A stretch of DNA of 64,000 nt from Spirochaetia bacterium. GTDB lineage: Bacteria; Spirochaetota; Spirochaetia; SZUA-6; Bin103. The DNA is taken from assembly GCA_965208575.1 (NCBI GenBank), contig CBDBOV010000004.1, positions 1,312,001 through 1,376,000 of the forward strand, given 5' to 3'. The position numbers were made by a program, and so were the translations under genes. Positions 19,031-30,455 of this stretch are shown here, one piece after another; position 1 is the first letter of the stretch, and every line of letters begins with the position of its first letter. The notes below the pieces were generated by a model, which searched no databases, had not been told where the DNA came from, and saw only the letters and a list, made by a program, of their open reading frames with translations.

Positions 19031-20214
19031 GTCGCAATCCAACCTACGCCAGCCGGCGTCTCGCCGGCCTCGGCAGCTACGCCTTCGCCGAGGTCGGCCA
19101 GGAAGTCGCCAAGCTGCGCGCGCGCGGCATCGAACCGATCGACTTCGGCGTCGGCGATCCGACCGTCCCGACGCCGGAGATCGTGCGCCGCGCCACCGTG
19201 CGCGGAGTCGAGGAGCGGCAACGCGCCGGCTATCCCAGCTACATCGGCGAGGCGGCGTTCCGGATCGCCGTCGCCGACTGGACCGGCCGGAGATTCGGCG
19301 TCGCGCTCGACCCCGAGAGCGAAGTCTCGGCCACCATCGGCGCCAAGGAGGCGGTGTTCAACTTCCACGAGGCATTCGTGGACCCGGGCGACGTGGTGCT
19401 GTGCCCCTCCCCCGGCTATCCGCCCTACAGCCGCGGCACGCTGTTCGCCGAGGGCGAGCCGTACCACCTGCCGCTGACCGCCGAGCGCGGCTACCTGGTG
19501 GATCTCGGCGCCATTCCCACCGACGTCGCGCGGCGCGCGAAGGTGCTGTGGATCAACTATCCCAATTCACCCTCCGGCGCGGTCGCCCCGCGGTCGTTCC
19601 TGCAGGAGGTGCTGGAATTCGCCGCCTCCCACGACCTGATCGTGGCCTCCGACGAAGCGTACTCGGAGATCTACTTCGGCGCGCCGCCGCTGTCGATGCT
19701 GAACGTCGGCAAGGAGCGGGTGCTGGTGTTCAACTCGCTGTCCAAGCGGTCCGCGATGACCACCTACCGGATCGGCTGGGTCGCCGGCGACCCCGAACTG
19801 GTGGCGCTGTTCCGGCAGGTCAAGACCAACATCGACTCCGGTACCCCGACGTTCATTCAGGACGGCGCGGTGGCCGCCCTCGGCGACGAGAGCCACGTGC
19901 GCGCCTTTCGCGAGCAGTACCGCCGCAAGCGCGACCTGCTGTGCGCGGCGCTGGTCGAGGCGGGGCTGGCCGACTGCCGGCCGGACGCGTCGCTGTACGT
20001 GTGGCAGCGCGTGCCCGAGCACCTGAGCTCGGTGGAGTTCGCCACCGCCCTGCTGCATCCGGAGATCGCCATCGTGACCACTCCGGGCGCCTGGATCTCC
20101 GACGCCAACCCCGGCGAGGCCAACCCCGGCGAGGGCTACGTGCGCTTCGCCCTGGTGCCGTCGGAGGAGCAGACGCGGCGCGCCGCCGACCTGCTGCGCA
20201 TGGCATCGTTCTAA
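19027..20214 (+). CDS. Class I/II PLP aminotransferase, probably LL-diaminopimelate aminotransferase (DapL-type)
   Basis: DFGVGDP, INYPNSPSG, DEAYSE, SLSK..AMTTYRIG; lysine operon context. Confidence 0.8.
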   Translation: MSRNPTYASRRLAGLGSYAFAEVGQEVAKLRARGIEPIDFGVGDPTVPTPEIVRRATVRGVEERQRAGYPSYIGEAAFRIAVADWTGRRFGVALDPESEVSATIGAKEAVFNFHEAFVDPGDVVLCPSPGYPPYSRGTLFAEGEPYHLPLTAERGYLVDLGAIPTDVARRAKVLWINYPNSPSGAVAPRSFLQEVLEFAASHDLIVASDEAYSEIYFGAPPLSMLNVGKERVLVFNSLSKRSAMTTYRIGWVAGDPELVALFRQVKTNIDSGTPTFIQDGAVAALGDESHVRAFREQYRRKRDLLCAALVEAGLADCRPDASLYVWQRVPEHLSSVEFATALLHPEIAIVTTPGAWISDANPGEANPGEGYVRFALVPSEEQTRRAADLLRMASF

Positions 20215-20277
20215 CGGCCCGTTCCACCGCGCCGCCGAGCTTGCCGCCGGGCGCCGTCTGCTTCTAGACTGTTGAGC

Positions 20278-20724
20278 GTGGATCGCCTGTTCGACCGCCT
20301 CGGTGACATGCTGCGCGCGGTGCTCGGCGGCGACGGCGCCGGTGCCGCCGAGCGCGGCGCGCAACGCCGGCGGCCGCTGCACACCGACGACCCCGACCTG
20401 GCCGCCGCCTGGGACGAGCTGGAGAGCTTCCTCGACGGGGACGACCAACCCGCGCACGGCGGCCCCTCGTCCGCGTCCGGTACGACCGGGGCCGGCGCGC
20501 CGCATCCACGCGAGCCGCTGCGCGCCGACTACGCGACGCTCGGCGTGGCCTTCGACGCGCCGCTGAACGAGGTGAAGCGCGCCTACAAGCGCCTGATGCA
20601 GGCCCACCACCCCGATCGTTTCGCGCACGACCCCGCCCGCCAGGCCGACGCCACGCGCAAGGCGGCCCTGATCAACTCCGCATTCGCGCGCATCGAGCGG
20701 GAGGTACGCGCCGCGCGCGAGTAG
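20278..20724 (+). CDS. J-domain (DnaJ-like) protein
   Basis: C-terminal J domain with HHPD; promoter TTGCCG-18-TAGACT 7 nt upstream of the GTG. Confidence 0.85.
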   Translation: MDRLFDRLGDMLRAVLGGDGAGAAERGAQRRRPLHTDDPDLAAAWDELESFLDGDDQPAHGGPSSASGTTGAGAPHPREPLRADYATLGVAFDAPLNEVKRAYKRLMQAHHPDRFAHDPARQADATRKAALINSAFARIEREVRAARE

Positions 20725-20815
20725 CGCGCTGCCCCGGCCGCGGCGGCCGCGACGCGACTGCCGCGACACCGGCGGGTGACGGACGGTTACGCCCTGCGCT
20801 ATAGTGCAGGCCACG

Positions 20816-21967
20816 ATGATGACCGGTGACGCCAGCCAAAGCGCGGTACTGGCGGCCGTAATGGCTGCGGTCGTCGTGACCGCGTGGCTGGTCAACGGTC
20901 TGCTCACGCCGGCGGTGACCCGCCTCGCCCACCGCCACAAGTGGTACGACATACCGGATTCGCGCAAGCTGCACACCGGCCTGATTCCGCGCATCGGCGG
21001 GCTTGCCATCTTCGTTTCCATGGCGCTGGCGATCGGCCTCGGGTTCACCGGCCTCGACCTCCTGGACCGGCTGGCCGCGACGCCGCCCGGGCCGCTCATT
21101 GCCGCCGCCGTCGGGGTGGCGATGATCTTCGCCGTCGGGCTGTACGACGACTTCGTACCGCTGCGCGCGCGCACCAAGCTGCTCCTGCAGGTGATCGCCG
21201 CCACCGTCGTCGCCGCCAGTGGCATGCGCGTCGACAGTATCGCCATTCCGCTGCTCGGCAACCTGCACCTCGGCGGCATGGCCGTTCCCCTGACCGTGTT
21301 CTGGATCGTGGGAATGACCAACTCGGTAAACCTGATCGACGGCATCGACGGCCTGGCCGGCGGCATCTCGGCGATTGCCGCGGCCTGCATGGCGATCATC
21401 GCGCTGCTGCAAGGCCACCTGCTGACCGCCCTGGTGGCGTTGGCGCTGTTCGGCGCACTCGGCGGCTTCCTGCTTCACAACTGGCCGCCCGCGTCGATCT
21501 TCATGGGCGACTCCGGCAGCCATCTGCTCGGCTTCGCGCTGGCCATACTCCCGTTCCTGGACATTGGCGGCGCCGCCACCCTGGGCACCCTCGTGGTACC
21601 CGCGACGCTGGTGCTGATCCCGATCGTGGACTGCGGCGCCGCCACCGTGCGCCGCATCCGCCAACGGCGCTCGGTCGGTTCGGCCGACACGGACCACATT
21701 CACTACGTCCTGCGTGCCCTCGGCATGTCGGACCGCAAGATTCTGCTGGCCGTGTACTCGGTGTGCGGCTACCTGGCCGTCGTGGCAATCACCACCACCC
21801 TGCTGCTGCGCGGCACGGCCCTCTACCTGTTCATGTTCATGGTGTCCTGGGCCGGCGTGCTGCTCGCCTACGGCATCCTGGTGGCGCTGCACGCCCATCG
21901 CAGGCAGCGCCGCGGCGAAACCGGCTTTCAACGCGACGCCGGCAGCAACGGCCCGCGGCAGGCGTAG
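20816..21967 (+). CDS. MraY/WecA/TagO-family undecaprenyl-phosphate sugar-1-phosphate transferase
   Basis: RKLH..IPRIGG, GLYDD, NLIDGIDGLA, IFMGDSGS, DHIHY; multiple TM helices. Confidence 0.9.
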   Translation: MMTGDASQSAVLAAVMAAVVVTAWLVNGLLTPAVTRLAHRHKWYDIPDSRKLHTGLIPRIGGLAIFVSMALAIGLGFTGLDLLDRLAATPPGPLIAAAVGVAMIFAVGLYDDFVPLRARTKLLLQVIAATVVAASGMRVDSIAIPLLGNLHLGGMAVPLTVFWIVGMTNSVNLIDGIDGLAGGISAIAAACMAIIALLQGHLLTALVALALFGALGGFLLHNWPPASIFMGDSGSHLLGFALAILPFLDIGGAATLGTLVVPATLVLIPIVDCGAATVRRIRQRRSVGSADTDHIHYVLRALGMSDRKILLAVYSVCGYLAVVAITTTLLLRGTALYLFMFMVSWAGVLLAYGILVALHAHRRQRRGETGFQRDAGSNGPRQA

Positions 21968-22016
21968 CGGCGCGGGCCGTTGCCGCCGGCCGCGGCACCG
22001 TCAACCCGACGGTGAG

Positions 22017-23371
<1,355 letters not shown>

Positions 23372-23375
<4 letters not shown>

Positions 23376-24568
23376 ACCGCCTCCGCTACGAATCCGAGCA
23401 GCCGCTTCTCGGTCTGCGGCACCGGGATCGATATGGCGAACGTGCTGCCCGCGCCCGGCTTGCTGTCCAGCTCGATCTCACCCATGTGCTCCTTGACGAT
23501 CTTGTACACGAGCGTGAGCCCGAGTCCCGAACCGAAGTCGCGGGTCGTGAAGTAGGGCTCGAAAATCTTGCCCTGGATCTCCGGTGGAATGCCCGGCCCG
23601 GTGTCGCCGATACGGATGGTCACCGCGTCGGCGCCGGCGAACGACGACACCGACAACACCCGCGGACGGTCCCCTGACGGCATCTCCACCATCGCCGCGA
23701 TCGCGTTCTTGATCAGGTTGAGCAGCGCCTCGCGCAGGTAGCGCTGATCCAGCAGCACCTGCGGCAGCTCGCGCCCCAGGTCTTCGCGCAGTTCGATCTC
23801 CGCCTCCTTCAATTCGGGGCGCAGCAGCCGCAGCAGCTCCTCCAGAACCTCGTTCACCTCGCCGCTGGCCAGGTCCACGTTCATGGGACGCACCGCGAAC
23901 AGATAGTCCACCACGATCTGATTGAGGCGCGCGACTTCCTCTCCGATCACGTCGACCGCGTCGCGAATCGCCTCCCAGGCAACCGCGCCCAGGTCGTGCG
24001 GCTCGGCGCCGAGGTGCCGCTCGATCAACTGCAGGTGGATGCCTACCGCGCCAAGCGGATTCTTGATTTCGTGCGCCACGCCGGCGGTCAGCGTGGTCAG
24101 CGCGGCCAGCGACTCGGCGCGCCGCAGGCGCGCCTCGGTGGCGCGTCTCTCGGTGACGTCCTCGGCGTAAATCAGGTTGCCGGCCACCTGCCCCTCGTGG
24201 ACCAGCGGCAGCACCCCGAAGCTCAGCGTGCGCGTCGCACCCGCGCTGATCGTGAACTCGCGGTCGCGCACGGTGTCGCGCCGTTGCACCGTGTCGCGCA
24301 GGAACTCCGCAATCTCCTCGTCGGCAACCGCCCTCCAGACCCGCTGCTGGGCGTACTCGTGGCTGCGCAGCGGCACCAGGCGCACCGCCGCGCGATTGGC
24401 CAGCAGGATGTCGCCGTCCGTATTGGTCACCACGATGCCGCGCGCCATGGAGTCGAGCACCATGCCCAACAGGTCATTGTCGGATGCCAACTGGCGGAAC
24501 AGCCCGCGCAACTGGGGTTGGTCGATCTTGTCGAGCCGTTCCACCGCCCGCTGATAAAACCCCCGCAT
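23372..24568 (-). CDS. PAS sensor histidine kinase (Hk2-like)
   Basis: AHEIKNPL H-box, NLIKNA, DTGPGI, GSGLGL; overlaps the response regulator. Confidence 0.93.
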
Positions 24569-24576
24569 CTCTCCCG

Positions 24577-25791
24577 CTACCCTCCTCGCACCGTGCCGGC
24601 GCTGCGCCCGAGCGCGCTGCCGAGGCTCTGCAGCGCGTGCCGCGGCTGGATGCGCAGCGCCGCCACCCGTGCCGCGCACTGATCGACCTGGCGCGCCCAA
24701 CCCTGCAGCAGCGCCGGTGAGCCGCCGCCGCGCAGGCGCACTAGCAGTTGCTCAGCCAACTCGTCCAGGAACACCAGCAGCCGTTCCCGCTCGACCCGCT
24801 GCGGCAGGCCGGCTGCCTCGGCGTAGCCGCCCGGTGGGCCGGCAACCCAGCCGTCGCGATGGTCGCCCGGAACGGTGGCGGCGGCCAGAAAGCGTTCCAC
24901 CTGCTCGCGCAACTCTCCCGTGTCCACCTCTCCCCAGGACAGGAAAAAGCCGCGCAGCGTGGCCTCCGGCGGCTCCTCGGTGCGAAAGATGCGCGCCAGC
25001 ACTTCGCGCTGATGGGCACGGCTGCGCTCGCGCAGCGCGTACTCGCGCAGCCGCGACCGCAGCGTCGGGATCAGGGCATCGGCGCGCCGCGCCAGCAGAA
25101 TCACGTAGGTGTCGGGCGGGGGTTCCTCCAGCAGCCGCAACAGCGCGTTGCGCGACGACTCGCCCAATCCGTCGGCATGCTCGATCAGCACCACCTTGCG
25201 CCCCTCCGGCCCGGCCAGGTGCAGCCAGCGCTCGACGTTGCGGATCTGGCTGATCGGCACGTTGTCGGTCTTGACGGTTGCGGCCAGCCTGGCTGCCTGC
25301 GCCTCGATCTTGTCACACCGCCCGGCAAGGGCGGCGCCGGCCAGCTCCGGGGTCAGTCCTTCCAGCAGCTCGTGCAACTCGGTCACCGGTCCCAGCGCCG
25401 GCCGCAGCCGCGACTCGTCACCCTCCCACAGGATGCGGTCGTAGCGGCGCGTCAACTTGCGCACGGCGCGCACGAAGAAGAAGTGGGCAGCCGGCGAACT
25501 CGACCGGCGCAGCAGGTCGGCGCCGGCGCGGATCTCCGCCAGCCAGTAGCGCCAGCCCAGCAGGATCAGGTACGGGTAGCTCAGGTCGCGCGCTCTCGCA
25601 CACGCCGCACAACTGCAGCCCCAGGCGCCGCTGCGCCGGCACGACAACCCGCGTGCCAGTTCCAGCGCCACCGACAGCTTGCCGCAGTACGCCGGGCCGC
25701 TCAGCAGCAGGGCGCGCGGCAACCGTCCGGACGCCAGCTCCGTTCTCAGCACGCCGGTAACGGCGGCGTGGCCTATGATGTTCTCGAACAC
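24577..25791 (-). CDS. DNA polymerase III delta'-like clamp-loader subunit
   Basis: MFENIIGH, degenerate Walker A, Cys cluster, NALLRLLEEPP, TLRSR. Confidence 0.8.
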   Translation of the reverse strand: MFENIIGHAAVTGVLRTELASGRLPRALLLSGPAYCGKLSVALELARGLSCRRSGAWGCSCAACARARDLSYPYLILLGWRYWLAEIRAGADLLRRSSSPAAHFFFVRAVRKLTRRYDRILWEGDESRLRPALGPVTELHELLEGLTPELAGAALAGRCDKIEAQAARLAATVKTDNVPISQIRNVERWLHLAGPEGRKVVLIEHADGLGESSRNALLRLLEEPPPDTYVILLARRADALIPTLRSRLREYALRERSRAHQREVLARIFRTEEPPEATLRGFFLSWGEVDTGELREQVERFLAAATVPGDHRDGWVAGPPGGYAEAAGLPQRVERERLLVFLDELAEQLLVRLRGGGSPALLQGWARQVDQCAARVAALRIQPRHALQSLGSALGRSAGTVRGG

Positions 25792-25800
25792 GCTAACACG

Positions 25801-26298
25801 CTAGACGAACGGCGCCTCCTGCGCGGACGGCAGCGCCGGGAACGGCATGATGTCGAGCAACCGCGGCACCAGCAGTTCCTGCACCCGCGAGTCGGCAAAC
25901 CACGACTCGACGTCGACCACGGTCTGCACGTGCAGGAGAAACAGCAGCAGGTAGACCACGACCAGCCCCTCGGCGGCCCCCACCGCCAGCCCGAGGATGC
26001 GATCGAGCCCCTTCAGACGCATCGAGTTGAAGAAGCTCTCGAACAGCGCCTCCACCAGCTTGACCAGCAGGTAGCCGGCCACGAACAGCACCAGGGACGC
26101 CACCACCACGTTCCACCAGCCGTCGCCCCACCACTCGGCAAGTTGGCGCGCGGCCAGCGGGTGGCCAATGAAGGCGGCCGCAAGTCCCGCCGCGACCGCG
26201 CCGACGGAGAACACTTCCGCCACGAAACCGCGCACCGCCGCCCGTATTCCCGCCGCCAGCAAGATGACGCCGCACACCACGTCGATGGCCGCCATCAC
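25801..26298 (-). CDS. CvpA-family membrane protein
   Basis: RGFVAEV, LDRILGL..G; four TM segments. Confidence 0.85.
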   Translation of the reverse strand: MMAAIDVVCGVILLAAGIRAAVRGFVAEVFSVGAVAAGLAAAFIGHPLAARQLAEWWGDGWWNVVVASLVLFVAGYLLVKLVEALFESFFNSMRLKGLDRILGLAVGAAEGLVVVYLLLFLLHVQTVVDVESWFADSRVQELLVPRLLDIMPFPALPSAQEAPFV

Positions 26299-27443
26299 TC
26301 CACTCCCGCACCGTGGCCGGGTGCCGCGCTCCCGCCCGCGGCGTGTCCGTCGCCGCCGGTCTGCGCCACGATCGCCGCAATGCGCCGCGCCGCCGCGCGG
26401 TCCGCCAGCGCCGCCATGGCGCGGCCCATGGCGGCGCGCCGCGCCGGATCGGTGCGCAACTCTTCCAACACCGCGATCAACTTCGCCGCCGACGCCTGCT
26501 CCTCCGGCATCGCCAGCGCCGCTCCGCGCTCGGCAAACAGCCGCGCGTTGGCAAGCTGCTCACCGCGGCTCTGCGTGCGCGGCAGCGGAATGAGCACCGC
26601 CGGCGTGCCGGTCGCGGCCAGCTCGCCGAGCGTATTGGCGCCGGCCCGGCTCACCACCACGTCCGCCGCCGCCAGCAGGTCGGCGAATCCTTCGTTCACG
26701 AACGTGACCGCCCGGTAGCGTCCCGCCGCCTCCGGCGGCACCCCGCCGCCGCGCGGTTGCCACGCCGGCCCGGTCTGATGCACCACGAACCAGTGCCGGG
26801 CGACGGCCGGCAGCGCGCCGTGGATCAACTCGTTGACGGCACGCGCGCCGCTGCTGCCGCCGGTGACCAGCAGCACCGGCAGCCCGTCCGGCACCGCGAG
26901 CCGCGCCCGCGCGCGCGCCGCGTCGCCCAACTCCAGGCCGGTGCGCAGGGGGTTCCCGGTAACGCGCACGCGGCCGTGCACGCGCGGCGGCAACAGGGCA
27001 CGGGTAGCATCGAAGGCAACCAGCACGGTACGGGCCATGGTAGCATTGATGCGCGTCGCAAGCGCAGGCGTGGCATCCGACTCGTGCGTGATCACCGGGA
27101 TGCGCAGCAGCCGCGCCGCGATTACCGGCGGCACGCTGACGTAGCTGCCCTTGGCGAACAGCACCGCCGGGCGCAGCACCGCCAGCAGGAGCAGTGCGCG
27201 CGCACAACCGGCCGCCACCAGCACCAGGTCGGAGAGGTTGCGCAGCGACAGGTAGCGGCGCAGCTTGCCCGCCGGAATGGCATGGAACGGCACGCCGGCG
27301 GCGCCTACCAGTTCGCGCTCGGACGGCAGCCGCGAGCCGATCCACGCTGCCTGCCAGCCGTGCCGGCGCAACTCGTCGATAACCGCGAGGCCGGGGATGA
27401 TGTGTCCGGCGGTCCCGCCGCCGGTGAACACCGCTAACGGCAT
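26295..27443 (-). CDS. murG: UDP-GlcNAc:lipid I GlcNAc transferase
   Basis: TGGGTAGHI.PG, HESD, TGNPLR, TGGSSGA, SRAGANT. Confidence 0.95.
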   Translation of the reverse strand: MPLAVFTGGGTAGHIIPGLAVIDELRRHGWQAAWIGSRLPSERELVGAAGVPFHAIPAGKLRRYLSLRNLSDLVLVAAGCARALLLLAVLRPAVLFAKGSYVSVPPVIAARLLRIPVITHESDATPALATRINATMARTVLVAFDATRALLPPRVHGRVRVTGNPLRTGLELGDAARARARLAVPDGLPVLLVTGGSSGARAVNELIHGALPAVARHWFVVHQTGPAWQPRGGGVPPEAAGRYRAVTFVNEGFADLLAAADVVVSRAGANTLGELAATGTPAVLIPLPRTQSRGEQLANARLFAERGAALAMPEEQASAAKLIAVLEELRTDPARRAAMGRAMAALADRAAARRIAAIVAQTGGDGHAAGGSAAPGHGAGVE

Positions 27444-27496
27444 GCCGTGCCGGGCGCCGCCCGCCTGGCTTGCTTCACCCGTGCTCCGCCCGTAGG

Positions 27497-28303
27497 ATGG
27501 CCGCCGTGACCACCGCCCGTTGCCGGCGCCGGCCGGGACCGCGCATCGTGCTGCCGGGCATGCTCCTCCTTGTCCTGACCGGCACCCTCGCCGACGCCGT
27601 GTGTCCATCGCAACTGGCGCGCGTGATACCGGACGGCGACACCCGGGCGCGGCTCCTGGCGGAGGGTCTGGAGGTGCCGCTGACCACCGCCGGTCCGGCG
27701 CTGACCCCGGAGCTGGCCGGCCGGGCGCTCATCGTCGAGTGGCTCAAAGCGATTCCGGTGACGTACGGGGCCGAAGTCCTGCGCCTCATCCCGCACGGCG
27801 GCGGCACAGGCTGCCGGTGGACCGATCTGTACAACCATCTACGCGCGGTGAGCACCTTGCAGGGCATCGAATACTACTCCGGAAGTCGCGGCTACCATCG
27901 TACGCTGTACCACAGGTCGTACGCCATAGCGGGACCCGACGACCGCACGCCGCTGCCCGATCCGGTGGCGAGCGCGGTGCCGGCGAGTGCCACGCTGTAC
28001 CTGGTCCAGGAAGACTCCACGTTCGGCAGCAACGTCTACCAGGCCGATTATCGGTTCGACGGCGCGACCATTACCATGCAGGTGCAAAACCTCACCACCA
28101 TGTGGTGGTCGATTCTTCCGCTGGTCAACCCGGGCGACTTCCGCAGCGTCCTGGCCGTCACTCCCACCGACCAGGGGCTGCTGTTCTACGCCGCGGCAGG
28201 AATCCATACGATCGCCATCGGTGGGGTACGGGAACGCAGCCAGACTTCGTTGCGCAACCGTCTCGATGCGCTGGAGCGCTGGCTGCGCGCACGCGTGCCA
28301 TAA
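27497..28303 (+). CDS. Conserved hypothetical exported protein (spirochete-type, DUF6675-like)
   Basis: Signal-like N-terminus; STLQGIEYYS..R and QEDSTFG motifs; coding-like codon use. Confidence 0.55.
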   Translation: MAAVTTARCRRRPGPRIVLPGMLLLVLTGTLADAVCPSQLARVIPDGDTRARLLAEGLEVPLTTAGPALTPELAGRALIVEWLKAIPVTYGAEVLRLIPHGGGTGCRWTDLYNHLRAVSTLQGIEYYSGSRGYHRTLYHRSYAIAGPDDRTPLPDPVASAVPASATLYLVQEDSTFGSNVYQADYRFDGATITMQVQNLTTMWWSILPLVNPGDFRSVLAVTPTDQGLLFYAAAGIHTIAIGGVRERSQTSLRNRLDALERWLRARVP

Positions 28304-28315
28304 CCCGCACTCGCT

Positions 28316-29956
28316 CTACGCCGCCGCCGGGCCGACCGCCTGCAGGACGATCATCAGCACCCCGATCGCCGCCCCGATCACCGCCCCGAACAGCTTCACC
28401 CACTTCAGGTGGCGCTCCATGACGGTGAGCAGGAGCTGCTCCACCGCGCGCGCATCAAGAGAGTCGATCCTGGCCACCACCATCGCTTCGACGTCCACCG
28501 TGGCCAGCAGCGACGGCAGCCGGTCGGAGAGGAACGCGATGCTGCGCCGGGCCAGGAACCGGTCCAGCTCTTGCGCGGTGTCCGGTGCGACCGACACCAC
28601 GTCCTGCACGGTCGCGGAACCGGCGTCGGCGGCGTCGCCGAGCGCGCCGCTGACCATGCCGGGAATCTGCTCGGCCAGCCGGCTGGCGGTCTCCGGCCGG
28701 GCCAGTGCCGCCAGCAACAGGTTGGACAGGGCATCGGCCACCGCCGCCGGCTGCACGCCGAGGTGGCGCGCCGCCAGTTCAGCCACCGATGCGTCCTCCT
28801 GCTCGCGGTACCAGCCCTCGACCGCGCGCACCACCGGCGACCCGCCCGAGTTCGGCCCGTCGCCGGCCAGCGCGTCGAACACGCGGCGCACCAGGTGATC
28901 GACCAGCGCGTCGAGCTGCTCGGCGGTGTCTCCCGTCAGCTCGCGCACGCCGCGCTCTCCCCACCGGTTCAGGGCGCTGCGCGCCGCCGCCACGATCTGC
29001 TCCTGCACCGCGGGCGTGCCGGTCGCCGCCTCGGCCTGGGCGATCACGTCGGTCACGATCTCGGGCATGCGCTCACGGAGACTCTCGTCGTACTGCCCGA
29101 CGGTCACGAACATCCGCTGCATCACGTTGAGCTTGTCGAGAATGTCACGCAGCAGGGCGCGGCCGCGCACCTCCAGTTGGCGCCTCATCTCGGCACCGCG
29201 CAACCAGGTGAACAGCGCCTCCAGCAGCGCCGGCAGGTTGCGCTGCAACAGTTCGGCCAGCAGGTCGACCGTGTCGGGAGTAAGGAACCGGTTCAGCGGC
29301 GTGTTCTGTTCGCGGCGGCGGCGCAGCCACCGCCGCACCGCGGCAGCGACCTGCGCGCGAACGGCGCTCCCGGTCAGCGCCGGCAGCACGCCGCCGGCCA
29401 CCAGCCGGGTGAGCTGGTCGGCGGTTACCAGGTCGCGCAGCCGGCGCGCGCCGAGGTCGTCCACCAGCCGCTCCACCAGGGAGCGCACCCCGTAGATGAA
29501 CGCGCGCGAGCCGACCAGCCGGCGCAGCATCTGTTCCATGATCCGCCGCACCAGGTGCGGCCAGTCGATCGGGGCGCCGGTCTGCCCCGCGGGCGCCTCC
29601 CCGCCGCCGCGGCCGCCGCCGACCGCGGCCGCCAGGTCGGCCAGGGGCTTGCGCGCGATCGCCTCGCGCACGGTGCGGAACTGCGCCTCCAGCATACGGC
29701 CGAACGCCTCCGACTCAAGCCGCTCACGCAGCGTCTCGGCGGACAGCAGTTGGCGCGACACCATGCGGCCGATGCTGCGCGCGAGCTCTCCGCGGCGGCG
29801 CGGTATGATGCCCGGCGTCAGCGGCACCGGAATGCCGAACAGGTGCTTCCGCGTCAGCGGGCGAAACAGCATGCGGATGGCGAGCGCGTTGGTCAGGTAG
29901 CCGATGGCGCCGCCCCACACCAGCGGCAGCACCCAGTTGAGAATGATCGTCTGCAC
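28316..29956 (-). CDS. DUF445-family membrane protein
   Basis: GGAIGYLTNALAIRMLFRP...GIIP N-terminus; C-terminal GAVIGAAIG. Confidence 0.85.
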   Translation of the reverse strand: MQTIILNWVLPLVWGGAIGYLTNALAIRMLFRPLTRKHLFGIPVPLTPGIIPRRRGELARSIGRMVSRQLLSAETLRERLESEAFGRMLEAQFRTVREAIARKPLADLAAAVGGGRGGGEAPAGQTGAPIDWPHLVRRIMEQMLRRLVGSRAFIYGVRSLVERLVDDLGARRLRDLVTADQLTRLVAGGVLPALTGSAVRAQVAAAVRRWLRRRREQNTPLNRFLTPDTVDLLAELLQRNLPALLEALFTWLRGAEMRRQLEVRGRALLRDILDKLNVMQRMFVTVGQYDESLRERMPEIVTDVIAQAEAATGTPAVQEQIVAAARSALNRWGERGVRELTGDTAEQLDALVDHLVRRVFDALAGDGPNSGGSPVVRAVEGWYREQEDASVAELAARHLGVQPAAVADALSNLLLAALARPETASRLAEQIPGMVSGALGDAADAGSATVQDVVSVAPDTAQELDRFLARRSIAFLSDRLPSLLATVDVEAMVVARIDSLDARAVEQLLLTVMERHLKWVKLFGAVIGAAIGVLMIVLQAVGPAAA

Positions 29957-29984
29957 GAAATCCCGCGGCCCGCCGCCCGCCGCG

Positions 29985-30440
29985 TCAGTTGCCCGCGGCG
30001 CGCACGGCGCGCACCAGGGCCTCCACCTCTGCCGCGGCGGTGCCCGGAGTCACCATCTCGAGGTGGGAGCCGAACACCCAGCCGCGCACGCCCTGATGGG
30101 AGACTTCGAACCAGTGGTCTACGTTGCCGGCGACCCGCTCCTCGAATTCACCGCGCCGCACCACCTCCACCACCTCGCCGCGGCGGAAGTGCGACAACAC
30201 CTCCGCTCGCACCGACGGCTGGGCGCGCACGCGCAGGGAGTCGGCCGCGATGACGGCGCGCTGCTCGCTGGTGGAGATGACTGACGTTGCGGGCAGCACC
30301 AGGTGCCCCGCGGAGGACTCCTGCTTCTGGCAGCCGGTCAACGCCGCGGCCAGCGCCACCGCGGCCAGCACGCCCGCGGCGCCGGCCCCGCGGCGCACGC
30401 ACCCGACGCGGCGCAACCACCTCCTGTTACCCCTCGACAT
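29985..30440 (-). CDS. SH3-domain lipoprotein
   Basis: Lipobox LTGC; LRVRAQPS...WFEV...GWVFG. Confidence 0.75.
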   Translation of the reverse strand: MSRGNRRWLRRVGCVRRGAGAAGVLAAVALAAALTGCQKQESSAGHLVLPATSVISTSEQRAVIAADSLRVRAQPSVRAEVLSHFRRGEVVEVVRRGEFEERVAGNVDHWFEVSHQGVRGWVFGSHLEMVTPGTAAAEVEALVRAVRAAGN

Positions 30441-30455
30441 CAGCTTGACCGGTGC

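Noticed and set aside
20104-20133. 15-bp duplication (ANPGE x2) in the aminotransferase
   Set aside because: A short in-frame loop duplication, probably neutral slippage.
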